Source of the DNA: an uncultured Bacteroidota bacterium | Lineage (GTDB): Bacteria > Bacteroidota > Bacteroidia > Bacteroidales > WCHB1-69 | Direction of reading: 5' to 3' | Length of the DNA stretch: 64,000 bases | NCBI GenBank assembly: GCA_902774175.1 | Contig: CACYHG010000002.1 | Span: forward strand, 27,297 to 91,296 | Shown: piece by piece, positions 17,075 through 25,039 of the stretch | Numbering within the stretch: the stretch's first letter is position 1 | How the letters are laid out: each line of letters starts with the position of its first letter | Notes under the pieces: generated by a model | The model's database searches: none | What the model saw: the letters and a program-made list of their open reading frames with translations, nothing else | Told to the model about the DNA's origin: nothing | Program-made: the position numbers and the translations under genes

Positions 17075-18519
17075 AATCAGGTCGTATTGCAATTGTCGGA
17101 CTCCTCTTCTGCGTGACCGCGCTTTCCGCCCAGGTTGAACCGCTATATTTTCTGCGTTCAAACAACGCACGGATGCAGTATAACCCCGGACTTCCTGCCC
17201 GTCAGAATTTTCACTTGGGCATCGGTGCGGGAAATTTCGGTTTTTCGCTGAATACCGGTCCTTTGACCTATAACAATCTGTTTGTCCAGGGTGAGGACGG
17301 ATACAAATACATCAATGTTGATCAGCTTTTATATGCCTTCAAGCAGCCTAAGGAGCAGACCGGAAGACTTGAATTCCGGACGGAGGTGCTTAATTTCGGG
17401 CTCGCAATAGGCAACACGAGCGCAGGTGTTTCGCTCCAGCTCCGTTCGGATGCGGCCGTCAGGATGCCGGGCGAGGCGTTTGCCTATCTGTTGGAGGGCA
17501 ATGCCGAATATGTCGGAATGCCGGTAACCTCCGAAATGTCCGCCAACGGTTGCGCCTTCATGGAGGCAGGCCTCACATTGCAGCACACCTTCAAGAAAAA
17601 GTTCACCATAGGTGTCAGGCCAAAATATCTGGTCGGGCTTGCTTGTGTGCAGACGAGGGAAGGGGAGTTGCGCCTTTTCACCGATAATGACTGGAATCTG
17701 CACGTCGGCGGTGTCGCCGACATTTCGCTGCTGTTTCCGGATGAGAACACCTACGTTACAGATAACGGCAGGTTCAGTTACCCTTCGGTGATGCATGCCG
17801 CCAGGCACGGACGGGGCTTCGGACTTGACGCGGGCGCGGATGTGAAGGTCACGAATCACATCGGGCTCTCATTTGCCATGCTTGACCTTGGCAATATCCG
17901 TTGGGACGGTGCGGACCGTTACCGCCGGCAGCGTCTGACAGTCGGAATCAACCCCGATTGCCCATATTATGAGGATGGTGACCTTGTCTTCAAGGGTATT
18001 GACTACGACCAACTGCGCCAGTTGGTGGAGGGAGACAAGCCTTTTGAGCATATTGCGGATTCCCTGAAAGAATGGCTGGTCTATACATGGAGCGAGGATT
18101 CCGCTTCGGCGTTCCGTTACAATCTCGTTCCTAAGGCGATGGCGGAGGTGCGCTATTCCTTCACAGACAACCACAGCCTCTCCGCGCTGCTCCGGACCGA
18201 TTTCCTCCCTGAAAAGGTGATGCCGAGCGTGACGTTGGGTTACAGCGGCCATTTCCCCTTTGTCGATCTTGGACTATCCTATACGTTGTGGGACAATTAC
18301 GGACGAAAGAACCTGCTGGGTGTCGGCGTTGACTTCAAATCCGGCCCTGTGCACTGGATGCTGGCCCTGCACCAGTTGGAGATGGATTGGAAGGAGGGAC
18401 GTTTCCAGTGGAAAAACATGCGGCAGGTCGCCTTGCAGGCAGGAGTCTATTTCGCGTTTGGCAAGCGCGATCCCTATAAGGAAAAAAAGAATAAAAAGGA
18501 CAAAAAAGACAAGAATTGA
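17071..18519 (+). CDS. Predicted outer-membrane beta-barrel protein (482 aa) with C-terminal poly-Lys tail
   Basis: Signal peptide MKSGRIAIVGLLFCVTALSAQ. The sequence shows an alternating hydrophobic/polar strand pattern throughout. The last strand LQAGVYFAF is followed by GKRDPYKEKKNKKDKKDKN. The ATG at 17071 overlaps the upstream stop (ATGA). Confidence 0.7.
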   Translation: MKSGRIAIVGLLFCVTALSAQVEPLYFLRSNNARMQYNPGLPARQNFHLGIGAGNFGFSLNTGPLTYNNLFVQGEDGYKYINVDQLLYAFKQPKEQTGRLEFRTEVLNFGLAIGNTSAGVSLQLRSDAAVRMPGEAFAYLLEGNAEYVGMPVTSEMSANGCAFMEAGLTLQHTFKKKFTIGVRPKYLVGLACVQTREGELRLFTDNDWNLHVGGVADISLLFPDENTYVTDNGRFSYPSVMHAARHGRGFGLDAGADVKVTNHIGLSFAMLDLGNIRWDGADRYRRQRLTVGINPDCPYYEDGDLVFKGIDYDQLRQLVEGDKPFEHIADSLKEWLVYTWSEDSASAFRYNLVPKAMAEVRYSFTDNHSLSALLRTDFLPEKVMPSVTLGYSGHFPFVDLGLSYTLWDNYGRKNLLGVGVDFKSGPVHWMLALHQLEMDWKEGRFQWKNMRQVALQAGVYFAFGKRDPYKEKKNKKDKKDKN

Positions 18520-18534
18520 TTTTCCCCTGGTGAA

Positions 18535-19791
18535 TCAGTAGCTTTCGCTGTCACATGTGGGGATAAGGCGGTATACCTTGTCGTTCCGCCGCACCTTCTC
18601 ATGCACGGGTATGGAGCATAGCGTCCCCTTTTCAGCCACCTCCACCGGTTGCAGCTCCACACGTATCTCCTCCAAACAGGCTTCGGACACTCCGGTGGTC
18701 GGGCCGATGACCATCAGCTCGTCACCCTTTTGCAGCCGGTCGTTCTCCACCCTGACCTCCGCCACGCCGATCCGGCTGAAATAGTTGGTGACGGTTCCGA
18801 TGTGGATTTTTGTCTTGCGTGCCTGCGAACCGTAGCGCTCCGTCCATTCGCCCATGCGGCGCCCCAGATAGTAACCGTCCCAGAATCCGCGGTTGTATAC
18901 ATTGCCCAGCCGTTCCGTCCAAGCCTTGACCTTGCTCTCCCCGTAGCTGCCGTCGCGGCAGGCCTGCACAGCCTCCTTGTAGCATTCGGTGACGGTCTTC
19001 ACATATTCGGGTGAGCGGCCGCGCCCCTCGATTTTCAGCACGCTGACCCCAGCATCCAGAATTTTGTCCAGAAAACCGATGGTGCAAAGGTCTTTCGGGG
19101 AAAGGATGTATTTTCCGCTGACCAGCAGGTCCAGTTCGTTGTCCGCATCCCGCACCTCATAGCGGCGGCGGCAGGGCTGGAGGCAGGCTCCGCGGTTGGC
19201 GGACGGTCCGAGATTGTCAAGGCTAAGATAGCATTTGCCGGAGACCGCCATGCAGAGTGCGCCGTGTGCAAAAACCTCCAGACGCACAAGCCTGCCGTCC
19301 GGACCGGTGATCTGTTCCCTGCGGATTCCTTCGGCGATTTCAGCCACCTGTTTAAGGTTGAGTTCTCGCGCTGTCACCATCACATCCGCATATTTCGCAT
19401 AGAAGCGGACCGCGTCCAGATTCGTTATGTTGCATTGGGTGGAAACATGTACGGGCAGTCCGATTGCCGCCGCCCGCGTTATGACCGCCCAGTCGGAGGC
19501 GATGACTGCCGTTATGCCGCATGCATTTGCGCATTGCAGCAGCAGTTCCACCTCATCCAGCTCTTCGGGATAGACAACCGTGTTGACAGTCAGGTAGCAT
19601 TTTGTGTTATGCCGTTTGCACCGTTCTATTATCTGCGCCATCTCCTTAAGTGAGAAGTTGACGGTGGAGCGGGAGCGCATGTTCAGGCTTCCCACACCGA
19701 AATAGATTGCGTCCGCTCCGGCCTGTAGTGCGGCCGACACCGCTTCGTGGGAGCCTGCCGGGGCCATGATTTCAATGTCATCCTGTATCAT
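18535..19791 (-). CDS. Peptidase U32 family protein
   Basis: IEIMAPAGSHEAVSAALQAGADAIYFG...NMRS...KCYLTVNT is a typical U32 N-terminal pattern, and the 418-aa length fits. Confidence 0.8.
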   Translation of the reverse strand: MIQDDIEIMAPAGSHEAVSAALQAGADAIYFGVGSLNMRSRSTVNFSLKEMAQIIERCKRHNTKCYLTVNTVVYPEELDEVELLLQCANACGITAVIASDWAVITRAAAIGLPVHVSTQCNITNLDAVRFYAKYADVMVTARELNLKQVAEIAEGIRREQITGPDGRLVRLEVFAHGALCMAVSGKCYLSLDNLGPSANRGACLQPCRRRYEVRDADNELDLLVSGKYILSPKDLCTIGFLDKILDAGVSVLKIEGRGRSPEYVKTVTECYKEAVQACRDGSYGESKVKAWTERLGNVYNRGFWDGYYLGRRMGEWTERYGSQARKTKIHIGTVTNYFSRIGVAEVRVENDRLQKGDELMVIGPTTGVSEACLEEIRVELQPVEVAEKGTLCSIPVHEKVRRNDKVYRLIPTCDSESY

Positions 19792-19810
19792 TCCTGAATT
19801 GTTTTCCCTG

Positions 19811-19818
19811 CAAAAGTA
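19811..19818 (-). promoter_or_regulatory. -7 box (TACTTTTG) for the U32 gene
   Basis: The plus strand reads caaaagta, 20 nt upstream of the ATG at 19791. Confidence 0.5.
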
Positions 19819-19922
19819 GCTTTTTTTCCGGTGCGGGCCGGAACTTTTTCAGGGAAATTACGTACAATTGCATGTTGATAAAATATTTTGTGAGAAAGTT
19901 CATTTGGTGTTGAAAAATAATA

Positions 19923-19930
19923 TACCTTTG
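19923..19930 (+). promoter_or_regulatory. -7 box TACCTTTG for porP/sprF-gldJ
   Basis: tacctttg lies 20 nt upstream of the ATG at 19950. A TTTG at 19903-19906 is a candidate -33 element. Confidence 0.5.
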
Positions 19931-19949
19931 CAGATTAAATATCGCACAG

Positions 19950-20969
19950 ATGGCAAATAGGTTAAAGTTATTGTTAATCATCGGAGTCACAGTGTGCTGT
20001 GGCATTCAGGGAGCGTATTCGCAGGACGTTCATTTCTCGCAATTCTATGCGAACCCGCTGTATCTGAATCCCGCTTTTGCCGGTTCCCGCATTTGTCCGC
20101 GCATCATAACCAACTTTCGGGAGCAGTGGCCGAGCGTTACCGGCGACTTCATGTCCTATTCCGCCTCCTACGACCAGCATTTCGATGCGATTTCCGGCGG
20201 AGTTGGAATCCTGTTCCTTGGCGACCAGGCTGCGGTGGGGACGGTAAGGACGAACGCCTTCAGCATGATATATTCTTATGCTCTGCCTCTGACCCAAAAA
20301 GTGGCGATGCGTATGGCTCTGCAGGCCACTTTCCAACAGAAGACACTTGACTGGACCAAACTGACCTTCGGTGATATGATTGACCCTAAGTTCGGTTTTG
20401 TCTATGAAACGAGGGAGGATGTGAAATATCTTAGCAAGGGTCTGTTAGACTTCTCTCTGGGTATGGTGATCTATTCGGACAAGTGCTACGGCGGTGTCGC
20501 TGTTAACCACTTCACCCAGCCAAAGGAGGGTTTCCTCATGGACGGTGACAACAGCATGTCCAACCTGCCCATGAAGATTACGGCCCATGGCGGTGCGGTC
20601 TTCAACCTAAAGCAGACCTCCAAGTCGCACACCTCTTTCGGCGACATGTCAATATCACCAAACCTGATTTTCCAGTATCAGGCCAAGATGTCTAATGGTG
20701 CCGCCTATACCACGCTGAATGTGGGCACATATTATAATGTATACCCGCTGACGGTCGGATTGTGGTACCGGATGGGCTTTGAGAATCCGGATGCTGTCAT
20801 CGCCCTGTTCGGATTCGAGTACGACAGGGTCAAGCTGGGCTATTCCTATGACATCACCATCAGCAAGTTTACGGAGACGGGCGGTGCACATGAGGTTTCG
20901 CTGCAGGTGCAGCTGCCGTGTCCGGAAAAGGCTCCTCGCATTCATCCGATTAAATGTCCGAAATTTTAG
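19950..20969 (+). CDS. Type IX secretion system membrane protein, PorP/SprF family
   Basis: The signature N-terminus after the signal peptide is SQDVHFSQFYANPLYLNPAFAGS. The 339-aa length and beta-rich sequence fit. Confidence 0.85.
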   Translation: MANRLKLLLIIGVTVCCGIQGAYSQDVHFSQFYANPLYLNPAFAGSRICPRIITNFREQWPSVTGDFMSYSASYDQHFDAISGGVGILFLGDQAAVGTVRTNAFSMIYSYALPLTQKVAMRMALQATFQQKTLDWTKLTFGDMIDPKFGFVYETREDVKYLSKGLLDFSLGMVIYSDKCYGGVAVNHFTQPKEGFLMDGDNSMSNLPMKITAHGGAVFNLKQTSKSHTSFGDMSISPNLIFQYQAKMSNGAAYTTLNVGTYYNVYPLTVGLWYRMGFENPDAVIALFGFEYDRVKLGYSYDITISKFTETGGAHEVSLQVQLPCPEKAPRIHPIKCPKF

Positions 20970-21009
20970 TTGAACAAAAAATTGAAGCAATAATTTAAAA
21001 TATAGTATT

Positions 21010-22497
21010 ATGAAAACGCAGAAATCATTGATCGTATTGGGCGCCATCCTGTGTGCGCTTGTGTTCAGCGGCTGCAAGAAGGAGTATTCCAAGACAACCG
21101 GCTGGGCCTACAATTATGCGAAAAACGGCGGTTTTGAGGTGCGTCCCTATCAGGAGCAGGTTACCGGACCGGGCCTTGTCTTCATTGAGGGCGGACGTTT
21201 CGACATGGGCCGCGTGGAGGAGGATGTGATGCGCGATTGGGACAATATTCCCCGTACCGTGACCATCTCCTCATTCTACATGGATGAGACCGAAGTGCGC
21301 AATATCGATTATCTGGAATACCTGTTCTGGCTGAACCGCGTGTTTGTGCCGGCGGATTTCGTTTCTGTCTATAACAATGCCCTGCCTGACACCACTGTGT
21401 GGAGGGAGCGGCTCTCCTACAACGAGCCGTATGTTGAGGGCTACCTGCGCTATCCGGATTTCCGCGACTTCCCGGTGGTGGGTGTCTCCTGGACTCAGGC
21501 CATGAACTACTGCACCTGGCGTACCGACCGTGTGAACGAGCAGATACTGATTGATGCCGGCCTGATCAACATGACCAACGAGCCGACTGCCGAGGGTTAT
21601 TTCAGCACGGAAGCCTACCTCTCGTATGCAGACTATGAGCAGAACAGTGACAAGCGGTTGCAGTACATTGCAACAGGCGAGGAGCGCAATGCCCGCATGG
21701 AGGATGGAATCCTGCTGCCTAAGTACAGGCTCCCGACCGAGGCCGAGTGGGAGTATGCCGCTCTGGCCGAAATCGGCAACACCCTTGACGAGCGTGTGCT
21801 TGACAGAAGGAATTATCCTTGGAACGGTAAGGTGACCCGTACCGATGACAAGAAATACTACGGTGATTTTGTTGCCAACACCCGTCGTGGCCGTGGCGAC
21901 TACATGGGTGTGGCCGGACATCTGAACGATGCTGCGGAATACACCAACAATGTCTATTCCTATTGGCCCAATGACTATGGTTTGTACAACATGGGCGGCA
22001 ATGTCGCCGAATGGGTGTTGGATGTCTACCGTCAGATGTCAAGCGAGGATGTCTCCGAACTTAACCCGTTCCGTGGTAACGTCTATATGACCAAGAAGGT
22101 GGATGACGAGGGCGCGATTGAAGAGCGTGACTCTGTTGGCAACGTGCCGATGGTTCCGGTCTCCGACTTCAAGAATGACCGCCGCCGCAACTACCGTTCC
22201 GCCGATAACCGCAACTATCTGGACGGTGACTGGGCCTCCAGCCTTGATCCCGAGCAGTGGAAGAACAAGGCCAGCGAAGAGTCCACCAACACCATGTATG
22301 ACAAGTCCGCCTATCCTTCCGGCACCTATTCTCTGGTCAGTGATAATGCCAGGGTGTTCAAGGGTGGAGACTGGCAGCACATCCAGTATTACGCCAGCCC
22401 GCGCACACGCCGCTTCCTTGACCAGGACGAAAGCACAGCTTATATCGGCTTCCGTTGTGCCATGTCGCGGATGGGAACATCAACCAAGAAAAAGTAA
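21010..22497 (+). CDS. gldJ: GldJ-like T9SS/gliding lipoprotein (SUMF1/FGE-fold domain)
   Basis: Lipobox LVFSGC. TGWAYNYAKNGGFEVRPYQEQVTGPGLVFIEGGRFDMG and the later GGNVAEW / GFRCA motifs are typical of the FGE fold. The gene lies between porP/sprF and murF, and there are no porL/M/N genes downstream, as PorK would predict. Confidence 0.7.
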   Translation: MKTQKSLIVLGAILCALVFSGCKKEYSKTTGWAYNYAKNGGFEVRPYQEQVTGPGLVFIEGGRFDMGRVEEDVMRDWDNIPRTVTISSFYMDETEVRNIDYLEYLFWLNRVFVPADFVSVYNNALPDTTVWRERLSYNEPYVEGYLRYPDFRDFPVVGVSWTQAMNYCTWRTDRVNEQILIDAGLINMTNEPTAEGYFSTEAYLSYADYEQNSDKRLQYIATGEERNARMEDGILLPKYRLPTEAEWEYAALAEIGNTLDERVLDRRNYPWNGKVTRTDDKKYYGDFVANTRRGRGDYMGVAGHLNDAAEYTNNVYSYWPNDYGLYNMGGNVAEWVLDVYRQMSSEDVSELNPFRGNVYMTKKVDDEGAIEERDSVGNVPMVPVSDFKNDRRRNYRSADNRNYLDGDWASSLDPEQWKNKASEESTNTMYDKSAYPSGTYSLVSDNARVFKGGDWQHIQYYASPRTRRFLDQDESTAYIGFRCAMSRMGTSTKKK

Positions 22498-22513
22498 ACA
22501 TTTGTTTTAATAC

Positions 22514-22540
22514 GGGCCCCTTCCAAGGGGCCTTTTTTTT
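22514..22540 (+). terminator. Rho-independent terminator after the gldJ-like gene
   Basis: gggcccc-ttccaa-ggggcc hairpin followed by a run of 8 T. Confidence 0.7.
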
Positions 22541-22559
22541 ACACTTTTAAATTATTGTA

Positions 22560-23939
22560 ATGAAAACGGAGGATTTATATTCCATATACCTGAAGCATCC
22601 GCAGGTGAGTACGGACACCCGGAACATTCCGGACCAGTCTATTTTTTTCTGCCTGAAGGGCGAACGTTTTGACGGCAACACCTTTGCTAAAGAGGCATTG
22701 GATAAGGGTGCTGCCTATGTTGTGACCGACAGCCGGCAGCCTTTTGACGACAGCCGTCTGATACAGGTGGAGGATGTCCTGCAGACGCTCCAGCAGCTGG
22801 CGGCATATCACCGCAGCCAGCTCCAGATTCCTGTAATAGGCATCACCGGCACAAACGGAAAGACCACCACCAAGGAGTTGGTGACGGCTGTGCTTTCCCG
22901 CAAATACAGGGTCGCCGCCACGAAGGGCAACCTTAACAACCATATCGGTGTGCCGCTCACTCTGCTTTCGATCAGGCCGGAGCATGAGATTGCCGTGGTG
23001 GAGATGGGGGCGAACCATCCGGGCGAGATTGCCGAACTGTGTGAAATGAGCGCTCCAGATTTCGGCCTTATAACCAATATTGGGAAGGCGCATCTGGAGG
23101 GTTTCGGCAGCATGGACGAGATTTTCCGCACCAAAACGGCACTCTATCGGAGCGTGCTTTCCCGCAACGGCACTCTCTTCGTATGTGCTGACGATGAGCT
23201 GCTTTTCCGCCATGCGGCGGAATTGGCGACCATACCGGAGGTGCCTTCGATGATTCCCTGGTATCTGGATCACGGTTTCGGACCCGACTGGAAGGCCTCT
23301 GCGGAACGGCTGACGCTTTTTACCTACGGTTCCGGTCAGAATGCGCAGTGTCGTGCGCAGCTGTGCGGGGAGAGTCTTCACCTCAGGTTTGAATGGGATT
23401 GCGACGGTACCGTTTATCCGGTGCGGACGCAACTGGTCGGCAGATATAATTTTCCCAATGCGATGGCCGCATGTGCGGTGGGAACCTTTTTTGCCGTTCC
23501 GCCCGATGAGTGCGTTGCGGCGTTGGAGTCATACTCTCCCGGTAACAGCCGGTCGCAGGTGATTGAAAAGGGGGCGGTGCGTGTCATTATGGATGCCTAT
23601 AACGCCAATCCGACCAGCATGGAGGCGGCGTTGCGCAATGTTGCCGCCATTCCGGCTGAACGCACCTTTCTGGCCTTGGGCGACATGTGCGAGCTGGGGA
23701 CGGAGAGTCACAAGGAGCACCAGAGGATGGTGCGTTTGATCCAATCCCTTTCCTTTACAGATGTTTTTCTGTTCGGTCCGGAGTTTGCCGAGACCGATGC
23801 ACCGCAGGAATGGAAGTTCACGGACATGGAGGTGCTGAAAAAGGCTTTGGCGGAGAGGTTGGGAAACCGTCCGGCCCAGCTGCTGATAAAAGGCTCCCGC
23901 GCCATGCGGATGGAGCAGGTGATGGAAATTTTTTCCTGA
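22560..23939 (+). CDS. murF: UDP-N-acetylmuramoyl-tripeptide--D-alanyl-D-alanine ligase
   Basis: STDTRNI, GITGTNGKTTTKE, NLNNHIGVPLTLL and DAYNANPTSM are Mur ligase/MurF motifs. Confidence 0.9.
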   Translation: MKTEDLYSIYLKHPQVSTDTRNIPDQSIFFCLKGERFDGNTFAKEALDKGAAYVVTDSRQPFDDSRLIQVEDVLQTLQQLAAYHRSQLQIPVIGITGTNGKTTTKELVTAVLSRKYRVAATKGNLNNHIGVPLTLLSIRPEHEIAVVEMGANHPGEIAELCEMSAPDFGLITNIGKAHLEGFGSMDEIFRTKTALYRSVLSRNGTLFVCADDELLFRHAAELATIPEVPSMIPWYLDHGFGPDWKASAERLTLFTYGSGQNAQCRAQLCGESLHLRFEWDCDGTVYPVRTQLVGRYNFPNAMAACAVGTFFAVPPDECVAALESYSPGNSRSQVIEKGAVRVIMDAYNANPTSMEAALRNVAAIPAERTFLALGDMCELGTESHKEHQRMVRLIQSLSFTDVFLFGPEFAETDAPQEWKFTDMEVLKKALAERLGNRPAQLLIKGSRAMRMEQVMEIFS

Positions 23940-23940
23940 A

Positions 23941-25014
23941 ATGGATTCCACCATATATAAATATGATGTAATAGGGCTGATGTCCGGCACCTCACTGGAC
24001 GGGCTTGACATGGTCTGCGTCCGCTTTTCCCTTGTAGGGGAGCGTTGGAGTTTCCGGATACTTGCATCGGAGACAGTCGGCTATACGGAGGAATGGAGGA
24101 ACCGCCTTTCGCGGCTTTTCGGCGCGGATGGGGCGGAACTGGCCGCCGCACATGCCGCCTTCGGACGCTTTTCGGGGGAGTGTGTGGCAGGGTTTGTGCG
24201 TCGTAATGCCTTGGAACCTCTGCTGGTGGCCTCGCACGGGCATACTGTTTTCCACCAGCCGGAGAGGGGCTTCACTCTGCAGATAGGTGACGGTGGAGCT
24301 TTGGCGGAGGCCTGCGGACTGCCGGTGGTCAGCGACTTTCGGGTGCAGGATGTGGCGTTGGGCGGCCAAGGCGCACCGTTAGTTCCGGTGGGTGACGCGC
24401 TGCTCTTTCCGGAATATGATGCCTGCCTGAACATCGGCGGCATAAGCAACATCTCCTTTCAGGAGGGTGAACGGCGGATAGCCTTCGACATTTCACCTGC
24501 CAACCAACTTTTCAATTTTCTGGCGGGCAAAAGGGGACTGGCATACGACGAGGAGGGTGCGCTGGCTGCCTGCGGAAAGGTTGATGAACGGCTGCTTGCG
24601 CGGATGAATGCACTGGGATACTATTCCGCGCCCTATCCGAAGTCGCTGGGGCGGGAGTGGGTGGAGGCGGAGCTGCTTCCTTTGCTTGACGCTTCGGAGC
24701 TTCCTCTGGAGGACTTGATGGCCACGGCGGTGGAACATGCCGCCATCCAGATTTCATCTGTTATAAGGGAGCGGCATTTGCGGCGAGTGCTGCTGACCGG
24801 AGGCGGGGCGAAAAACACCTTCCTGCGCCAGCGTTTGGCCGCTTTGGCTCTGGATGCCGCTTTCGTCCTCCCGGACGATGAGCTGGTGGATTACAAGGAG
24901 GCGCTGGTTTTCGCCTTTCTGGGACTGCTGCGCTGGCTTGAACGTCCGAACTGCCTGCGGAGTGTCACAGGAGCATCACGCGACCATTGCGCCGGTGCCG
25001 TCTGGATGCCTTGA
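23941..25014 (+). CDS. anmK: Anhydro-N-acetylmuramic acid kinase
   Basis: VIGLMSGTSLDGLDMV N-terminal motif, 357 aa, starts 2 nt after the murF stop. Confidence 0.85.
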   Translation: MDSTIYKYDVIGLMSGTSLDGLDMVCVRFSLVGERWSFRILASETVGYTEEWRNRLSRLFGADGAELAAAHAAFGRFSGECVAGFVRRNALEPLLVASHGHTVFHQPERGFTLQIGDGGALAEACGLPVVSDFRVQDVALGGQGAPLVPVGDALLFPEYDACLNIGGISNISFQEGERRIAFDISPANQLFNFLAGKRGLAYDEEGALAACGKVDERLLARMNALGYYSAPYPKSLGREWVEAELLPLLDASELPLEDLMATAVEHAAIQISSVIRERHLRRVLLTGGGAKNTFLRQRLAALALDAAFVLPDDELVDYKEALVFAFLGLLRWLERPNCLRSVTGASRDHCAGAVWMP

Positions 25015-25039
25015 TTTTTTTCCGCAACCTGTTTCTTAC

